Made by a program: the position numbers and the translations under genes. Below are positions 27,221-40,785 of a stretch of 64,000 nt of DNA, in pieces; position 1 is the first letter of the stretch, and each line of letters starts with the position of its first letter. Source of the stretch: Octopus vulgaris (lineage: Eukaryota); contig OX597818.1 of NCBI GenBank assembly GCA_951406725.2, forward strand, positions 79,732,001 to 79,796,000, written 5' to 3'. Under the pieces are notes generated by a model that did no database searches, had not been told where the DNA came from, and saw only the letters and a program-made list of their open reading frames with translations.

Positions 27221-28830
27221 CAGTTGCGGCCAAAATGTTCAGAACGGCATTATTTTCGGCAGAAAAGTAGATATAATTTTTTTATCAAATTTGTTTTATA
27301 TTCTATAATTTTCACAGACAATAAATACAATATTATTTGTTATTGTCTGAGCTTTTAGTGTAATTTGAGAGGATATTACAAAAGTCATGGATGATTTAGT
27401 GATTTACTGCAAAACCCATGGCGGCCAATATGATCAGAACAGTTGCTTTTACTCCGTGTTTTAGTATATTGAACCGGCGAACTCTAATGTTTTGAATTTG
27501 TTTACTTGGCGGTTCGTTTACTAAACATTAGTAAGAATATCTGCAGTGTAATTTGTTTATATAATGCCACTTACTCCGTTACCAATTCGTCAGCAGATTA
27601 TTAAGCTTCGAAAGAAGGATAATTTAAGTATTGGGTCTATTGCAAAGTGTTGTTCATGGTATTCTTAAGGTCTACGATGATTGTGGTTCGTGTGAAGCAA
27701 GAAAGTCTACAGGTAGGTCAAGAAAAACGACCAAGAGAGAAGATCGTGCTATGGTAAAGTTGGTTTAAAAGGACAGATCTAAAACTGCTGCTGCTGTTTC
27801 TCAGGAAATGAGCATTGTACTGAAGAAAACTTCATCTCGAAAATCTTTGTCTCGTCCTTTAGTTGAACATGACCTACAAGCAAGAGCACCTGCAGTGAAG
27901 CCACTGATCAACTCCAAGAATAAAAAGTGTCGTCTTACCTTTGCAACCGAACATGTGTTGTGGTCTCAAGAAAAATGGCAAACGGTGCATTTCAGTGATG
28001 AATCTAAGTTTATGTTATTTGGCTCAGATGGGAAAAGGTACATTCGTCGAAAAGTAGGTGAAAAATTGTCGACTAAATGCCTTAAGACTAGTGTTAAATT
28101 CAGTGGAGGAAGTGTCATGGTTTGGGGGATGATATCTGGAGATAGTGTGGGTCCTTTGGTGCGATTACATGGAAAGTAAAATGCAGGAGTTTATAAACAA
28201 CTTGTAAAAGATCATGTCTTGCCTGTGCTGAGAAATTAAATTAAGCGACCACCCATATTCATGGAGGACAATGCCCCATGTCACAAGGCTAAAGTAGTCA
28301 TGAACTTCCTCAAGGCTGAAAAAGTTATTGTTATGGATTGGCCTGCTCAAAGCCCAGATCTCAACCTATTGAAAATGTGTGGAATATTCTAGGAGAACGT
28401 TCGAAAGCCAGAAATCATAAAACAACCGAGCAATTATGGAATGCCCATCAGGAAGAAAATTGAATAAGATCACCCAGCAAGAAATTGAAAATTTAGTTTC
28501 CTCATGCAGTCGAAGATGTCAAAGTGTGATTGAAGCTAAAGGGCTTCACGCTAAATATTAAATAATCCAGTATTCTCTGTCATTTTTGATTATTTTGTTA
28601 TTTTTTCAACCGTTCTGATCATTTTGACCGGCATGGGTTTTGCAGTAAATCCCTAAATCATCCATAACTTTTGTATTATACTCTCAAATTCACCAGAATC
28701 TCAGACAATAACAAATAATATCGTATTTATTGTCTGTGAAAATTATAGAATATAAGACAACTTTGATAAAAAAATTATACCTACTTTTCTGCCGAAAACA
28801 ATGCCGTTCTGAACATTTTGGCCGCAACTG
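27221..28830 (+). mobile_element. Full-length Tc1-family transposon with IR/DR ends (1610 bp) inserted in (TA)n
   Basis: TIRs of ~225 bp start CAGTTGCGGCCAAAATGTTCAGAACGG and end CCGTTCTGAACATTTTGGCCGCAACTG. Inner direct repeat GCGGCCAATATGATCAGAAC at ~27422. TA flanks. Confidence 0.95.
27564..28561 (+). pseudogene. Tc1 DD34E transposase pseudogene
   Basis: GRSRKTT, VHFSDESKF, VKFSGGSVMVWG, FMEDNAPCH, WPAQSPDLN and terminal KGLHAKY*. Several stops and frameshifts. Confidence 0.93.
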
Positions 28831-29209
28831 TATATATATATATATACGCACTCGTTTGAAAGCACAGAAATAAACAAAATCAATATCAGCTGTTTTGAGA
28901 ACACTTTAATTATGTATATATGCGTAAGTATTACATTGTCAAGAACTTAACTTATTTTCAGTTAATTACCTACCTTCACAGAAATGGGTTTCGGTTTTGC
29001 CTAAAAAGAGTTTATGTCATTATGTGTTGTTTATTGGACAAAAGTCGGCAAATTGTACATTAAGTATGTGTTATAATATAATGGAACTGTGTTTATATAT
29101 TCATATAAGTTAAGTTTTATTACGACAAAATTGAAGTGATCAGTTTATGTATTTCTACATTCATATGACAGAATTTTGGTTTTATATTATAGATCGTTCA
29201 TTATAGATG

Positions 29210-30960
29210 CTAAAATATGTCGACAAAATTTACAGGACTATCCAAAAATTGACTCCATTAATTTGATTGTTTATGAGACAGTAACGATGTGTTTGTTTTG
29301 TGAACAATCAATAAGAAATGATGCAACGAAACCTTCGAAATTAAAACACCTTCATGAGAGGAAACATTTAGTTTTAATCCATTCACAAAATATTTGGAGA
29401 ACGTCCAACCTTAATATTATTTATCACACAGTCATCTTATGCTGATCTTATAATATCTCCTTTAATATAGGAAAAAGAATACTGCACATGATTGAAGAGG
29501 TTACTATCACATTAGTAAATCTATCTTTCTAGGTCGTCCCACAGGACGCCCCAAGACTGTTTCCACACGTTTTCCCCATTCACCTCGATCTTCTATAATG
29601 ATCCTCAGCTCCTGTACCTCTTCCATACCAGTAAAAGAAGTTATATAAACTGTTATGAGAAGTTACTCAAAACCTATCTTGGTGATTATCTCTCTGAATA
29701 ATAACAGAGTACAGAACTGTATTGATAACATACTAAAAGAAATTTAAACATGCTAAATTCCCAACTTGAATATTGTAACTCTTCCTCCTTCATCACAAAT
29801 CAGCGGTTGGAAGTTTTAATGTTTCCAGTACGCATATATAGTATAGTAACCTTTGTTTAAAAAAATGCAGTTGATTAATCTCTCTGTCAAGTATTGTAAG
29901 GCAAACTCGAAGGTTTAAACAATTTTCTTGTTTTGTAGATTATATGCTATTTCTCTTAGTAATATTAATTTAGTTACATGTGATAGTTGCCCTTGGTGGG
30001 TATCGGAGATTTTACAGGTTTTTTAAAGAGAGAAAACAACTTTCTTTGTACGTACAGTGCACTTTGTGTTGTGTATACAGACAATATCCTGTGGTTTTAA
30101 ACTCGTTTAGACACTTCATGCTGCCGTAAATGTAAAAATATGTATCAAGTCTTTAGAGAAGACAAAAACAAATCCACTCAATTTTCGACTGTTTGCACAC
30201 AGTTTCCTTTTTTTTCATACAGAAAAGATGGTTGAACTCTTGAAGTAAACTGTGGTTCCTTAATAAAGTGGATCAGTGATCCAAGAATAAACAGTGAACG
30301 TGTAATTTAACTAGATGAATTATTAATGAAATGCAACAATTGCAAAGGCAGTATAATACAGGTAGTACCAGAAATCACAAAGTCTCACTACATATTGCAA
30401 TCTGTGAGCATAATTTGGTTACTTCGATTATTGAACCAACTGCATTTTTATACTTTGTCATCTTAGCCAACTATGTATAATTCAAACTCCAACTTCCCAA
30501 TGAAGTTTGGCTTATATAAATCGTAATAATATCTCAGGAATTTTCAATGCTTCTCGAACTTGCTACGACTGAAACAAGAAGTAGTCGAATACATTTCAGT
30601 TAACGACATTCTTATCTATACCAAGCCACCTTAAAATCTTAAAACAGAAATTTACTCTTCCTTCTGTGTATCTCGAAAATATATAACTTTTGACTGGATT
30701 ATTTCTCTATTCAGTGATGAAATAGAAAATGCAGATATTTGGACTAACGTTGATCTTGAGGCAAATGCAAACAGTTTGGTAATTTCTAAAACAATGAAAA
30801 CGCTGCAACCAAATATCCGAAACAGGGAACTGCTTCTGAGTCGAATTTCAAAATTGCTATATTCTTAAACAAACTATAATTATAAAGAGACATTCTCAGG
30901 ATGAAAAACAAACATAATATTGCTGAACCTGGTCGCCTAAGAGTTATGCTTAGAAATGTT
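29210..30960 (+). mobile_element. Highly decayed hAT (Buster/ZBED5-like) transposase relic
   Basis: MCLFCEQSIRNDATKPSKLKHLHERKH resembles the Buster BED finger C..C...LSNEAMKPSKLKRHL..KH. Further broken matches lie downstream (SYNIS, PVKEV, SLNNNRVQNCID). Ends uncertain. Confidence 0.65.
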
Positions 30961-30987
30961 TGTACTAATATTTGTATAACTCTTGAT

Positions 30988-31200
30988 AAGGCAGGGAGCT
31001 GGCAGAGTCGTTAGCATGCCGGGCAAAATTCCAAACAACATTCGTCCACCTTTACATTCTGAGTTCAAATTCTATTGTTGTCGACTTTCACTGTTATCTC
31101 TTTGGGATCGATAAAATAAGTACCAGTTGAGCACTGAGGTCGATGTAATCGACTTAACCCCTTCCCCGTAATTGCTGGCTTCGTACCAAATTTTGAAATC
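30988..31200 (+). mobile_element. SINE family D with imperfect TSD
   Basis: AAGGCAGGGAGCTGGCAGAGTCGTTAGC...GAAATC, with AATATTTGTA..ACTCTT on both sides. Confidence 0.8.
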
Positions 31201-31265
31201 AATATTTGTACTACTCTTTGGATCATTCATTTCATTATAGACTGTAAACATCTTCGATTAAGATA

Positions 31266-32553
31266 CTGAGTCATCCCATAAATAATGCAGTTTTTTTATA
31301 CTTCTTTCATTTTTCAAAATTAAGATAAACAAAGTTCTTTTATAATCTAAAATATACTCTCTTTCATTTTCTACAATGCTCTTCCATCTATCTGGTAGAC
31401 TTGCAAAGCCCCTCTCTCAAAATTCACTTGCCCGTGACGAAAAATACTCCTCAAGCATTGTTGTGACCTCGTCTACACCATTCGTATTTTTTTTCCATCC
31501 AAATGATTTTGAAGACTGCAGAATAAACGATAATCAGGTGCGGCAATGTCCGGTGAATATGGTGGGTGGGACTTTGTATCCCATTCAAACTGCTCCAGTC
31601 TTTGGAATGTCATCCTTGCTGTATGTGGCTGAGCATTATCCTAATGGAAGAACACCTTTCGTCTTGAAACCAAAGGTGGTTGTTTTGCTTCTAGCGCTGA
31701 CTTAAGCCGCTCATGCTGCTTGCAGTAGATCTCTTTTGTTATCGTTTAGTCCGGGTTCAAAAGTTCAAAGTGGACTAAACCTTTCATATCCCTCCAAACA
31801 GTAACAACAACTTACTTGGGTGAAGATATTCTTTAGCCTGGGGTGCTGGTTTCTCCTTTCGCTACCTACTGTCTTTGGCGCTTGACATTTCTATAGAGAA
31901 CCCATTTCTCGTCAGCAGTCACTATTCGGTTAAAAAAAAAGTTCATTCGTGAGATATGACAACAAAGAAGAGCACACATTTACTCTCTTCGCGCGATTTG
32001 ACTCGGAAAGTTTGTGAGGGACACATTAATCCAACTTGCTGGCTTTTCCGGTGGTATGCAGGTGTCGATGAATGGTTGAATGACCCAATCCAAGCTCCTC
32101 TTCTAGTTCCTCAACAGTTACAATGGAATTTTGTTCTACCACGGTTTACAGGACGTCCTCGTCGAGCTCTACAGATCTTCCAGGACGAGGCACGCCTTCT
32201 AGGCTGTAGTTTCCGGCTCGGAATTTCTGGAATCACCGTTGACACTGGCTTACGTTTATTATTCGATCCCCATATACTACATTAATATTCCTCGCACTTT
32301 CCGTTGCGTTGTTGCCTTTATTGAACTCATAAAGCAAAATGTGCCGAATATGTTCCGTTGCTATTTCCATTATAGCTTTGAAAAAATAACTGCTGAGATC
32401 GGACTGCACTCTTCAAAACTTGCACTAAGAATAAGCACAAGGTCAAATTACAACCTGCTTTTATAGCAAGTTAATGCAAGTAGTTCATCCCGTCCCGTTC
32501 CGACTTTTAGTTCATGCAATTGAAAAAACTGCATTATTTATGGGATGACCCAA
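31266..32553 (-). mobile_element. Full-length mariner transposon (1288 bp), transposase pseudogenised
   Basis: TIR (C/T)TG(A/G)GTCATCCCATAAATAATGCAGTTTTTT at both ends, with TA flanks. Minus ORF from 32370: MEIATEHIRHILLYEFNKGNNATESARNINVVYG, CVPHKL linker, IPHPPYSPDIAAPDYRLF. Confidence 0.95.
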
Positions 32554-35500
32554 TATATTATTTTATTTATGTTACATTTAAAAATTACTTCATAAAGTAA
32601 TTTATCAGATCTTTTGTTTTCGCTCAATGATTCTTGAAACCTATTTTTTTACTAGTCAGTACGCTCTATCTAGTAAAGTCTTATTGTTTATAGATAAAGA
32701 ATTGATAAATTAGCTTACCCAGCAATAGTTTATTCTACAGCATTCAGCCTCTATTCATATATCATCACACCAGAAATTCGAAAAATAAGATACCTCAATA
32801 TTTTCGCGAATAGTCGAGAGATTAAATGCATCTGGCAACCCATGAGTTCAGTGGAGTAAACTTAAAAGATTTTTGCAATGTTCGCATTCATGAAATCAGT
32901 CTTATAAATTTTTTAGCAGCGATGAAGTACTATCTACCGAAGTTTCGTATAATAAACATTTCTAGGTCATGTTTTGGGGATACTTTTTACATCGTTATCA
33001 ATATGGTTCGTTATTTTTATTATTGTTTGTTTGTTTTTTTGACACTTTTTTTTTTGACACAGATCTTCTGATTTCTGACAATAAATAATGTCAGTATTTG
33101 AAGTGTTCACATATCTTACTTTATCGATGATAACAATAGCATTGCGAATATAATGAACTTCTGAGTGTACAAAGTCACATTGTCTCTCTTTTGAATACAT
33201 TCCACAAAACTCCGAGTTTACTATTGTATCTTACTGAGTGTGTGATTATGGCTTGATGAAGTCTCTGTAAGTCTGTGATGAGGTCGACAGATTGAAAAGT
33301 CTGGGAATCCTTATGTTAGAATAATGACAAGCCAGAAATATTAGTAAGTCACTTAATATAGAATAACACTATCAAGCGGTGTAATGTTGTTTGTGCTGCG
33401 AAAGGCAAAGCCTATTAGCAGCAGAAGTGATGAAAGACAAATCTAATAATAATATTCGAAACATTACAACGGAAATATATAATTTTTTCTTTCTTTTTGA
33501 CATAAATCAGAACAAGTCTACTAGAGGTAATTTGAGCAAAATTTAACGATCTTAAATATGTTTCTCTGTTCTTCAGACTTTTGATGTTTTTCAAAGTGTG
33601 AGGTTACAACCTATTCGTGGATTTAGATGAGAAATTTCGGGATCCTAGCATGCCTGTTCACTTTTGTCAGACATTAATAGCTCTGTGAAAAAGAAATTCA
33701 ATAGTGAAATGAGTAGCAAGCAAAATTTTGTGAATTCTTCTCTTCATAAGGGATTTGTCAACTATTCACTTTTAATTATTTTGAAGCTTTCACACCCATT
33801 TTCTCTGGACATTCCAATAAAGTAGGTTTCGTATAAACTGTTACAAGATGTCTCATTCGATAAGTAGCCATAAAACGACCGGTTAAAGATATATATAAAC
33901 TGATTAAGTTATTAGAAAGTTTCTTACTTGAAAAAAAGGCAAACAAAATAGCCGATGTGTTACATTTTAGGAAATCAAACTATTAGATTTCCACATTATA
34001 CCTACTGTAACAGGTGTTATCTATTATTCAGAGAAATACGGGATCAACTAATATTTTGTTTCAGATAAGAACTTTCAAGACTAGAACACTGCACCAAAAC
34101 ATGATACTGAAGCGGGAGATATTTAAAGTTTTAAAAATTTGTAAGACATTGTAGGATTTTACATTAAAGGAAACTATTTATTTACTAATAATGTCGACCG
34201 ACCATTTCTTAGTGACGTTTGCCAAATAATTCACCGTTTAAATATGTATCATTTTTGGATAAATATCATCAAATGCAAATATAATTTAGTACCAATTATC
34301 TACTTATTTATAGAGGACATAAAATGGACCGAATATATTTTTAAAATAAACTTTTGTTTCTGTGCTATATAGTTGAATATTAAATTTTCATAGAAAGAAT
34401 TACAAGTCACTAGTGGTAAATAGAGAGTAGTTTCATACAGAATAAGCTTCAGCGGAGTTCAAAATCTGAAAGACAACTGATCATGTGTAGTAAATCTTCA
34501 GAGCTGTCTTATCGCTCTCGATTTAGTTGGAATTGCTGTAAAGCTCATGTTGAAAACTACTCAAAATAAACATGAATTTTGGATGGGGGATATAAATATA
34601 TTGATATAAATCGAATTTCTATTTGGCTTGCAGGATTCTTGATATGAAATCTTGTGTTGAAATAGATTTTGTTATATATTGGGAAGTTCATTATGCCAAT
34701 AAAATACACGCAATGCGTATGTGTTTATTATTGGTATAAAAACCTTCCCGAGATACAGCAAAATATAAATAGAACTTTTGACATTATCCAAGCTTGAGGT
34801 TTTAGGAAAAACTTATCAGAAATATGATATTTCTCAATTTAGAATTGAATCCATATATTTGACCCTCGTGGGTGCAGATATAGTTGTGTGGTTAAGAAAT
34901 TTGCTACGTAATTGAGCGTTCAGTCTCAGTGAGCAACCATAGTTGTAGGTTGTTCAAATGTTTGCTAGTGAATTTAATAGAGGGAAGCTGTATGGAATCC
35001 CATCAGAGAAGTTTTTGGGAGTAAGACTTAATCTTGGAGTCAGACTTAATCTGTTGTTTGTTTTTATACTACCACTTGATCCTTGGGTGTAATTCAAGGA
35101 GCCCATTCTGTTGCAAACTTTTGAGTCAGGATAATTTTACTCTTACTAGACTCTCGAAGACCTTGAAAAAGTCATGGACGCTGCTTTCCTATTCTCATTG
35201 AAAAAAATGAATAATAACAAAACTTGGCAATTGTAGAATACCACTGTCCTGGTTCAGTGAAGGTACTCCAGGAATTTTCCATAGCTATGGTACTTAAGAC
35301 ATGTTTTACAAAGAAGTGAGAATAAACCAGTTTTTCTGACGTATTAGATCAATATGTTGATCAGACACGATGATCAAATAATGTCGAGCGAAAGAGAGAA
35401 TAATGGTTTTTTATTCGATTAATCTTGTTTCTGTAATAGCTGAGCTCATTAACTAAAAGTTGAAATCTGAGGAAACTTCCTTTGTGGTCCTTAAGAGTTA

Positions 35501-35929
35501 GATATGCTTTGCTCTTAGCAACTCATTGCAATTTAATACCTAACTTCAATTTCTGAACATTTTCGGTCTCAATACTTATATGCATATTCACTAGCCTTCC
35601 TATAATTGTTAGTAATGGTGTCTTTGATTATTGATTATTAGTGTTGCTAATTCTGAACGGTTTTGGTGTTCTAAGCACTGACATGAAGAATTTTAAGAAA
35701 AGTCATTATTGCTATCATTTCTGCTTAGATGAGGGGCAAAGCAAATCCACAGCCACAATTAGACTAAAATCTGAGGGACTAAGGACCGAAATGCATTCAA
35801 ATTCCACAAAAGATCGTCGATACAGTACTCCACACATGCTTCAATGGTAGGAAAACGACGCGCTTTTCCTAAAATGAAGCGGACAGTGATATCAAAGGGT
35901 AGTACATGTCTCTCACATACGCAGAATTC

Positions 35930-36063
<134 letters not shown>

Positions 36064-36282
36064 TTAATATCTAAGAAAAATAACTCAAAGAGGCCAACAA
36101 TATTGAAAATGATAATGAAGTGAAAGGTGATGTACTGAATTTCATACACAGTAAGCCCTTGTCTCAATTATCAAAATACATCATTTAGATATTTCCCCTA
36201 GGTGTTCATTTTTTGTTATTTTTAATTATACAAAATTACACTTGGTTAAAAATTTTATCTATTGAGATAGATAGATAGATAT

Positions 36283-36461
<179 letters not shown>

Positions 36462-37698
36462 CGGGGTTATTCATTAAAGATATACTCTGACCCACTTCCG
36501 ACTGTTGCAGGAAACGGAACTTGCACTGTTATAATCATAGATGTCTCCACATATCACGTTGTAAATTGCAGCGTTCCACTAGTATTCGTTTATTTTTTAC
36601 GGCTGATGAAGTGGACTAAGGTGTTATAATGGGGGCAGTTGAATACAAATCAGTGACCAGGTTCTTATATTTGAAAGGTCGTACACCAAAAGAGACATTT
36701 TATGGAATGAAAGAAGTTTAAGGTGACGATGCACCATCATACGACGTAGTCAAGCATCGTCAGCTCAAAAGTGGTCGGACATCGGTGGAAAATGCTCCTG
36801 TTCCTGGACTATCACATTCTGCAATTGATGGCGACACTATCCATAAAGTGGAAGCCGCTATTTTGTAGGATCACGGCATAACTATTCGGCAACTAGCCGA
36901 AGAAGTGAATATATGTGTAGGGTCCGTGGAAAAAAATCATTCACGACCATTTGCGCATGCGGAAGTTATCTGCACGATGGATTCCTCGGATGCTCACACC
37001 TTTTCAGAAGCAAGTACGAATCAATTGCCCTCAGTCTCTTCTGGCAACGTGTCAAGGAAACGAAAAGGACGTTTTCGGCAGACTTATTACACAAAATAAA
37101 ACATGAGTCCATCACTATGATCCTGAGACTAAAGTCCAGTCGAAGCAATGGAATCATGATAACTCACCACCTCCAAAGAACGCTCGTGTCCAACTCTCAG
37201 CAGGCAAGGTGATGCTGACAGTTTTGGGATCAGCGCGGATTAGCGATGTATTTTCTGGCAAAGGGCACCACAATTAACGGGGCGTAGCATGCTTCTCTGC
37301 TGTAGAAATTGCGGGACGCCATCAAAACAGAGAGGCGTAGCATGCCAACCAGAGGAGTCTGCTTCCTCCCATACAACGCCCCAGTTCACAATGTGTATGT
37401 TGCCTGATGAAAGCACACTCACGTGACTATGAAATCCTTCCTCATCCCCCTTACTCTTCCGACCTCGCACCATCTGACTTCCGCCTCTTTCCAACCATGA
37501 AGTCTTTTTTTTAAGGAGAAGCACTTTTCGGATGATGATGAACTTATTTCTGAGGTAGTCTTAGCTCGAAACGTAACATACCGACTTCTACAGCGGCGGT
37601 CTTCACAGGTGCATAAAGCGATGGGAGAAGTCTGTCACCATCGTTTATCCTAGTCCTTGGGAAGTGAGTTAGGGAAAATCTTTAATGAACGCCCTTCG
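36462..37698 (+). mobile_element. Full-length mariner transposon (~1.24 kb) inserted at a TA in a (GATA)n array
   Basis: Imperfect TIRs CGGGGTTATTCATTAAAGAT and ATCTTTAATGAACGCCCTTCG. Broken ORF from 36629: MGAVEYKSVTRFLYLKGRTPKE, RKLSARWIPRMLT, PHPPYSSDLAPSDFRLFP. Confidence 0.92.
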
Positions 37699-37701
37699 TA
37701 T

Positions 37702-37846
<145 letters not shown>

Positions 37847-38059
37847 ATTACTGATCTGCAAATTCGATTGGGCTGTACTCTGCCAACGAGGTCAAATAAA
37901 TCGAAACCAATGCCCATAGTTTTCTCTGCCAGTAAACAAATATCAAGGCTATCATTTCTTTAGTTCTGCAAATTAGCTTGAAAAATTTATTCACGATGTT
38001 TTTGAAATTATATTCCATTTGCTTTGAGAGTCTGTAACAATTGTCACCGCGAGTGCAAT

Positions 38060-38400
38060 TTTTGGTTGTCACAATAAGAATGTCTAGTGTTAGGGTCAAT
38101 GGTGTTCAGTTGAAAGATTTAACGTAGGTGTTTGACTACAGCAGGGGTGCCTATTGTCACCTCCTCTTTTCATAAATTTTATGAGCTGGGTTGACACGCA
38201 TAATGTTGTGGAAGTAGTGTCACAATCGGTGGTTGTAGGACCGGTCGGCTGATATTTATAGATTGTGACATGGTGTTACTTGACTCATAGGAAGGTAGCT
38301 GCCAGCATGCACTAAATTGGTTACGAAAGACAATTGATCTCTCAAGAAAATCTTCCCAGTGTGTTCTGCACGTTAGTGGAACATCACTAAAACATACTCA
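38060..38400 (+). mobile_element. RTE-clade LINE reverse transcriptase fragment
   Basis: LQQGCLLSPPLFINFM (RT QG motif). SRKSSQCVLHVSGTSLK is homologous to SRKSFQCTRLISGTSLE in the 43143-43508 ORF. Confidence 0.75.
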
Positions 38401-38617
38401 TATATATCCAACACAATAAAAGCTTGATTCTTGACTTCTTTAAATGATAGCTAAATATTCTATACTATCGACTGGAGAAGAAGATTGGGTATGTTAACTT
38501 TGGGGAGTGGTAACAGATCGTGAAACAATACATCAAGAGATTTCTCTTTTCCAGCGCAACAAAAGCATATAAGCGATGTATTTACGTTCTTATAACCTGT
38601 TATCACAACTAAGCCTC

Positions 38618-39080
38618 TCTAACTAACTAACTATCCGCTCAGTCGAAGTCGACTCTCGGTTACTCGATGGATCAGTGTCCTCCAGCCAGTTCTATCCTGA
38701 GTCGCTTCTTTCAGATTGGCCATGGCCATTCTCGTGTCACTCTTGATGGTTTCAAGCCAGCGGGTTCTTGGTCGGCCTCTTCCTCTCTTGCCACTGACCA
38801 TTTCGAGCATGATGTCCTTCTCCAGGGACCAAAATATGCCAATCTGTGCTTGGTGGTCCTAGCTTCTAGCGACAGTTTCGGCTTGATCTGGTTAAGAACT
38901 TCTCCATTGGTGAACCTCGCTGTCCATGGAATCCGTAAAAGTCTTCTCCAACACGAAAACTCGAATGCATTAATTCACTTCTGGTCAGCTTTCTTTAGTG
39001 TCCAGGTCTCGCATCCATATGTTGCTATTGGGAAGACGATCGCATTCACCACTCTGCATTTGGTAGCGAGGCTGATGCTA
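38618..39080 (-). mobile_element. RTE (BovB-like) LINE 3' end with (TAGT)n tail
   Basis: Minus: NAIVFPIATYGCETWTLKKAD..INAFEFSCWRRLLRIPWTAR...GKRGRGRPRTRWLETIK...WRTLIHRVTESRLRLSG*. Confidence 0.92.
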
Positions 39081-40218
39081 GATATAAAATATACGCGCCC
39101 GGAAACGTGCCTATATGTATGTGTGTATGTGTTGGATTTATCTTTTGGAATAAAGTTTCGAATTATAAAAGCGAGACGTAATAAAAATGTGAAACGTTCC
39201 TAAATGACTGGTACATATTTTTATCGACGTTGGTAAACAAAAAGCAAAATGGCTTTAAAATTGGATTTGCTCGAAGTGCTTAGAAGGAAGCAAGCAAATA
39301 TTGTAGGACAGTCATTTAGCCACCGTTTCTTCCACTGAAACGCCTAAAATAGATTAATAATCCTAATGTTTGATAGACAGATTGAAAGATGAAGCCAAGC
39401 AATCAGTGGAGGAAACAAAGATGAAAGTTCAAATAGTGCTTGTTATGGCTATAACAGATGATAACAAAACAAGCATGTTTTTGTTTTCGCTTCATTACCG
39501 AGTTAGGTTTATCTGGTGCTTCTAACGAGCGACTGAGAATTACTCTAAATATTTTAATGGTTACAACAAAATTCAACAGACAGTAACGCCATATTGAAAT
39601 GAAATAAAATAAAATAATGAAGGCAACGATGACGATAACAATGAAGATAATGATGATGGCAGTGATGATGATGATGATGATGATGATGATGACGACAACG
39701 ATGGTGATGATGATGATGATGACAATGAAGATGATGATAGTGATGATGATGGTGGTGATTGTGGTGATTGTGGTGGTGGTGGTGATGGAGGTGGTGATGG
39801 AGGTAGTGATGATGATAATGATAACAGCGATGATGATGGTAGTGGTTTGCTGCTGGTGGTGGTTGATGATTATGATGATGATGATGATGATGATGATAAG
39901 AATGATGGTGCTGCTGCCAGTGGTAATGATTACTTGGTAATGATTAGTCACAACGACATGAACAGCAACAAAAATATTGCTTGTGTAGAGAATGAATTTG
40001 AACTCAATACGTAATGAGTCGGAAGAAATACTGCTGACGCTTTAATGGTTCTGCCAGCTAACTACTTTGATAAAAATAATTCTTAATAATCTCGACACAA
40101 GGCGAGCAGTTTTGGAGGGAGGGGGAAGTCGATTACATCGGCCCTAGTATTTGAATGCTAATTTATTTTGTCGACCCTGGATGGACGAAAGATGTTCGCT
40201 TCCACGAGATTTGAACTC

Positions 40219-40271
<53 letters not shown>

Positions 40272-40274
<3 letters not shown>

Positions 40275-40413
40275 GGGTGGAGCACTTGCAGGAAACAGCA
40301 CTGCTTGGAATTGCTCGAATACTCCGGATTGCGCGCGAAAAATAAGGGGTGTTGCCTTAGTTCAACTAGTAGTAAACAACTGACATCATAGTACATCTCC
40401 ACCGTTTGAGATG

Positions 40414-40415
<2 letters not shown>
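40272..40415 (+). mobile_element. R4/Dong LINE extreme 3' end embedded in (TAA)n
   Basis: RVEHLQETALLGIARILR..* plus a short UTR, with (TAA)n on both sides. Confidence 0.8.
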
Positions 40416-40499
<84 letters not shown>

Positions 40500-40538
40500 G
40501 ATGATGATAATAATAATAATAATAATAATAATGATATG

Positions 40539-40606
<68 letters not shown>

Positions 40607-40614
40607 CCTGTTTA

Positions 40615-40785
40615 CTAAAGGAACAAGGCCTGAAATTGCGGGGAGAGGACTAGTCGATTACATCGACCCCAGTGTTTCACTGATACTTAATTTATCGACT
40701 CCGAAAGGATGAAAGGCAAAGTCGACCCCCAGCGTATTTGAACTCAGAACGTAAAGACGGACCAAATGCCGCTAAGCATTAAGGA
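40615..40785 (-). mobile_element. SINE family D copy (another partial copy at 40095-40220)
   Basis: Plus strand ACTTAATTTATCGACTCCGAAAGGATGAAAGGCAAAGTCGACC is the reverse complement of the D core. Confidence 0.85.

Noticed and set aside
38667-39203. 178-aa plus-strand ORF
   Set aside because: It is the antisense frame of the RTE LINE fragment.
39403-39951. 182-aa Ile/Thr-rich and Met/Val-rich ORFs
   Set aside because: Degenerate (GAT/GGT)n repeat; the same applies to 52080-52524.
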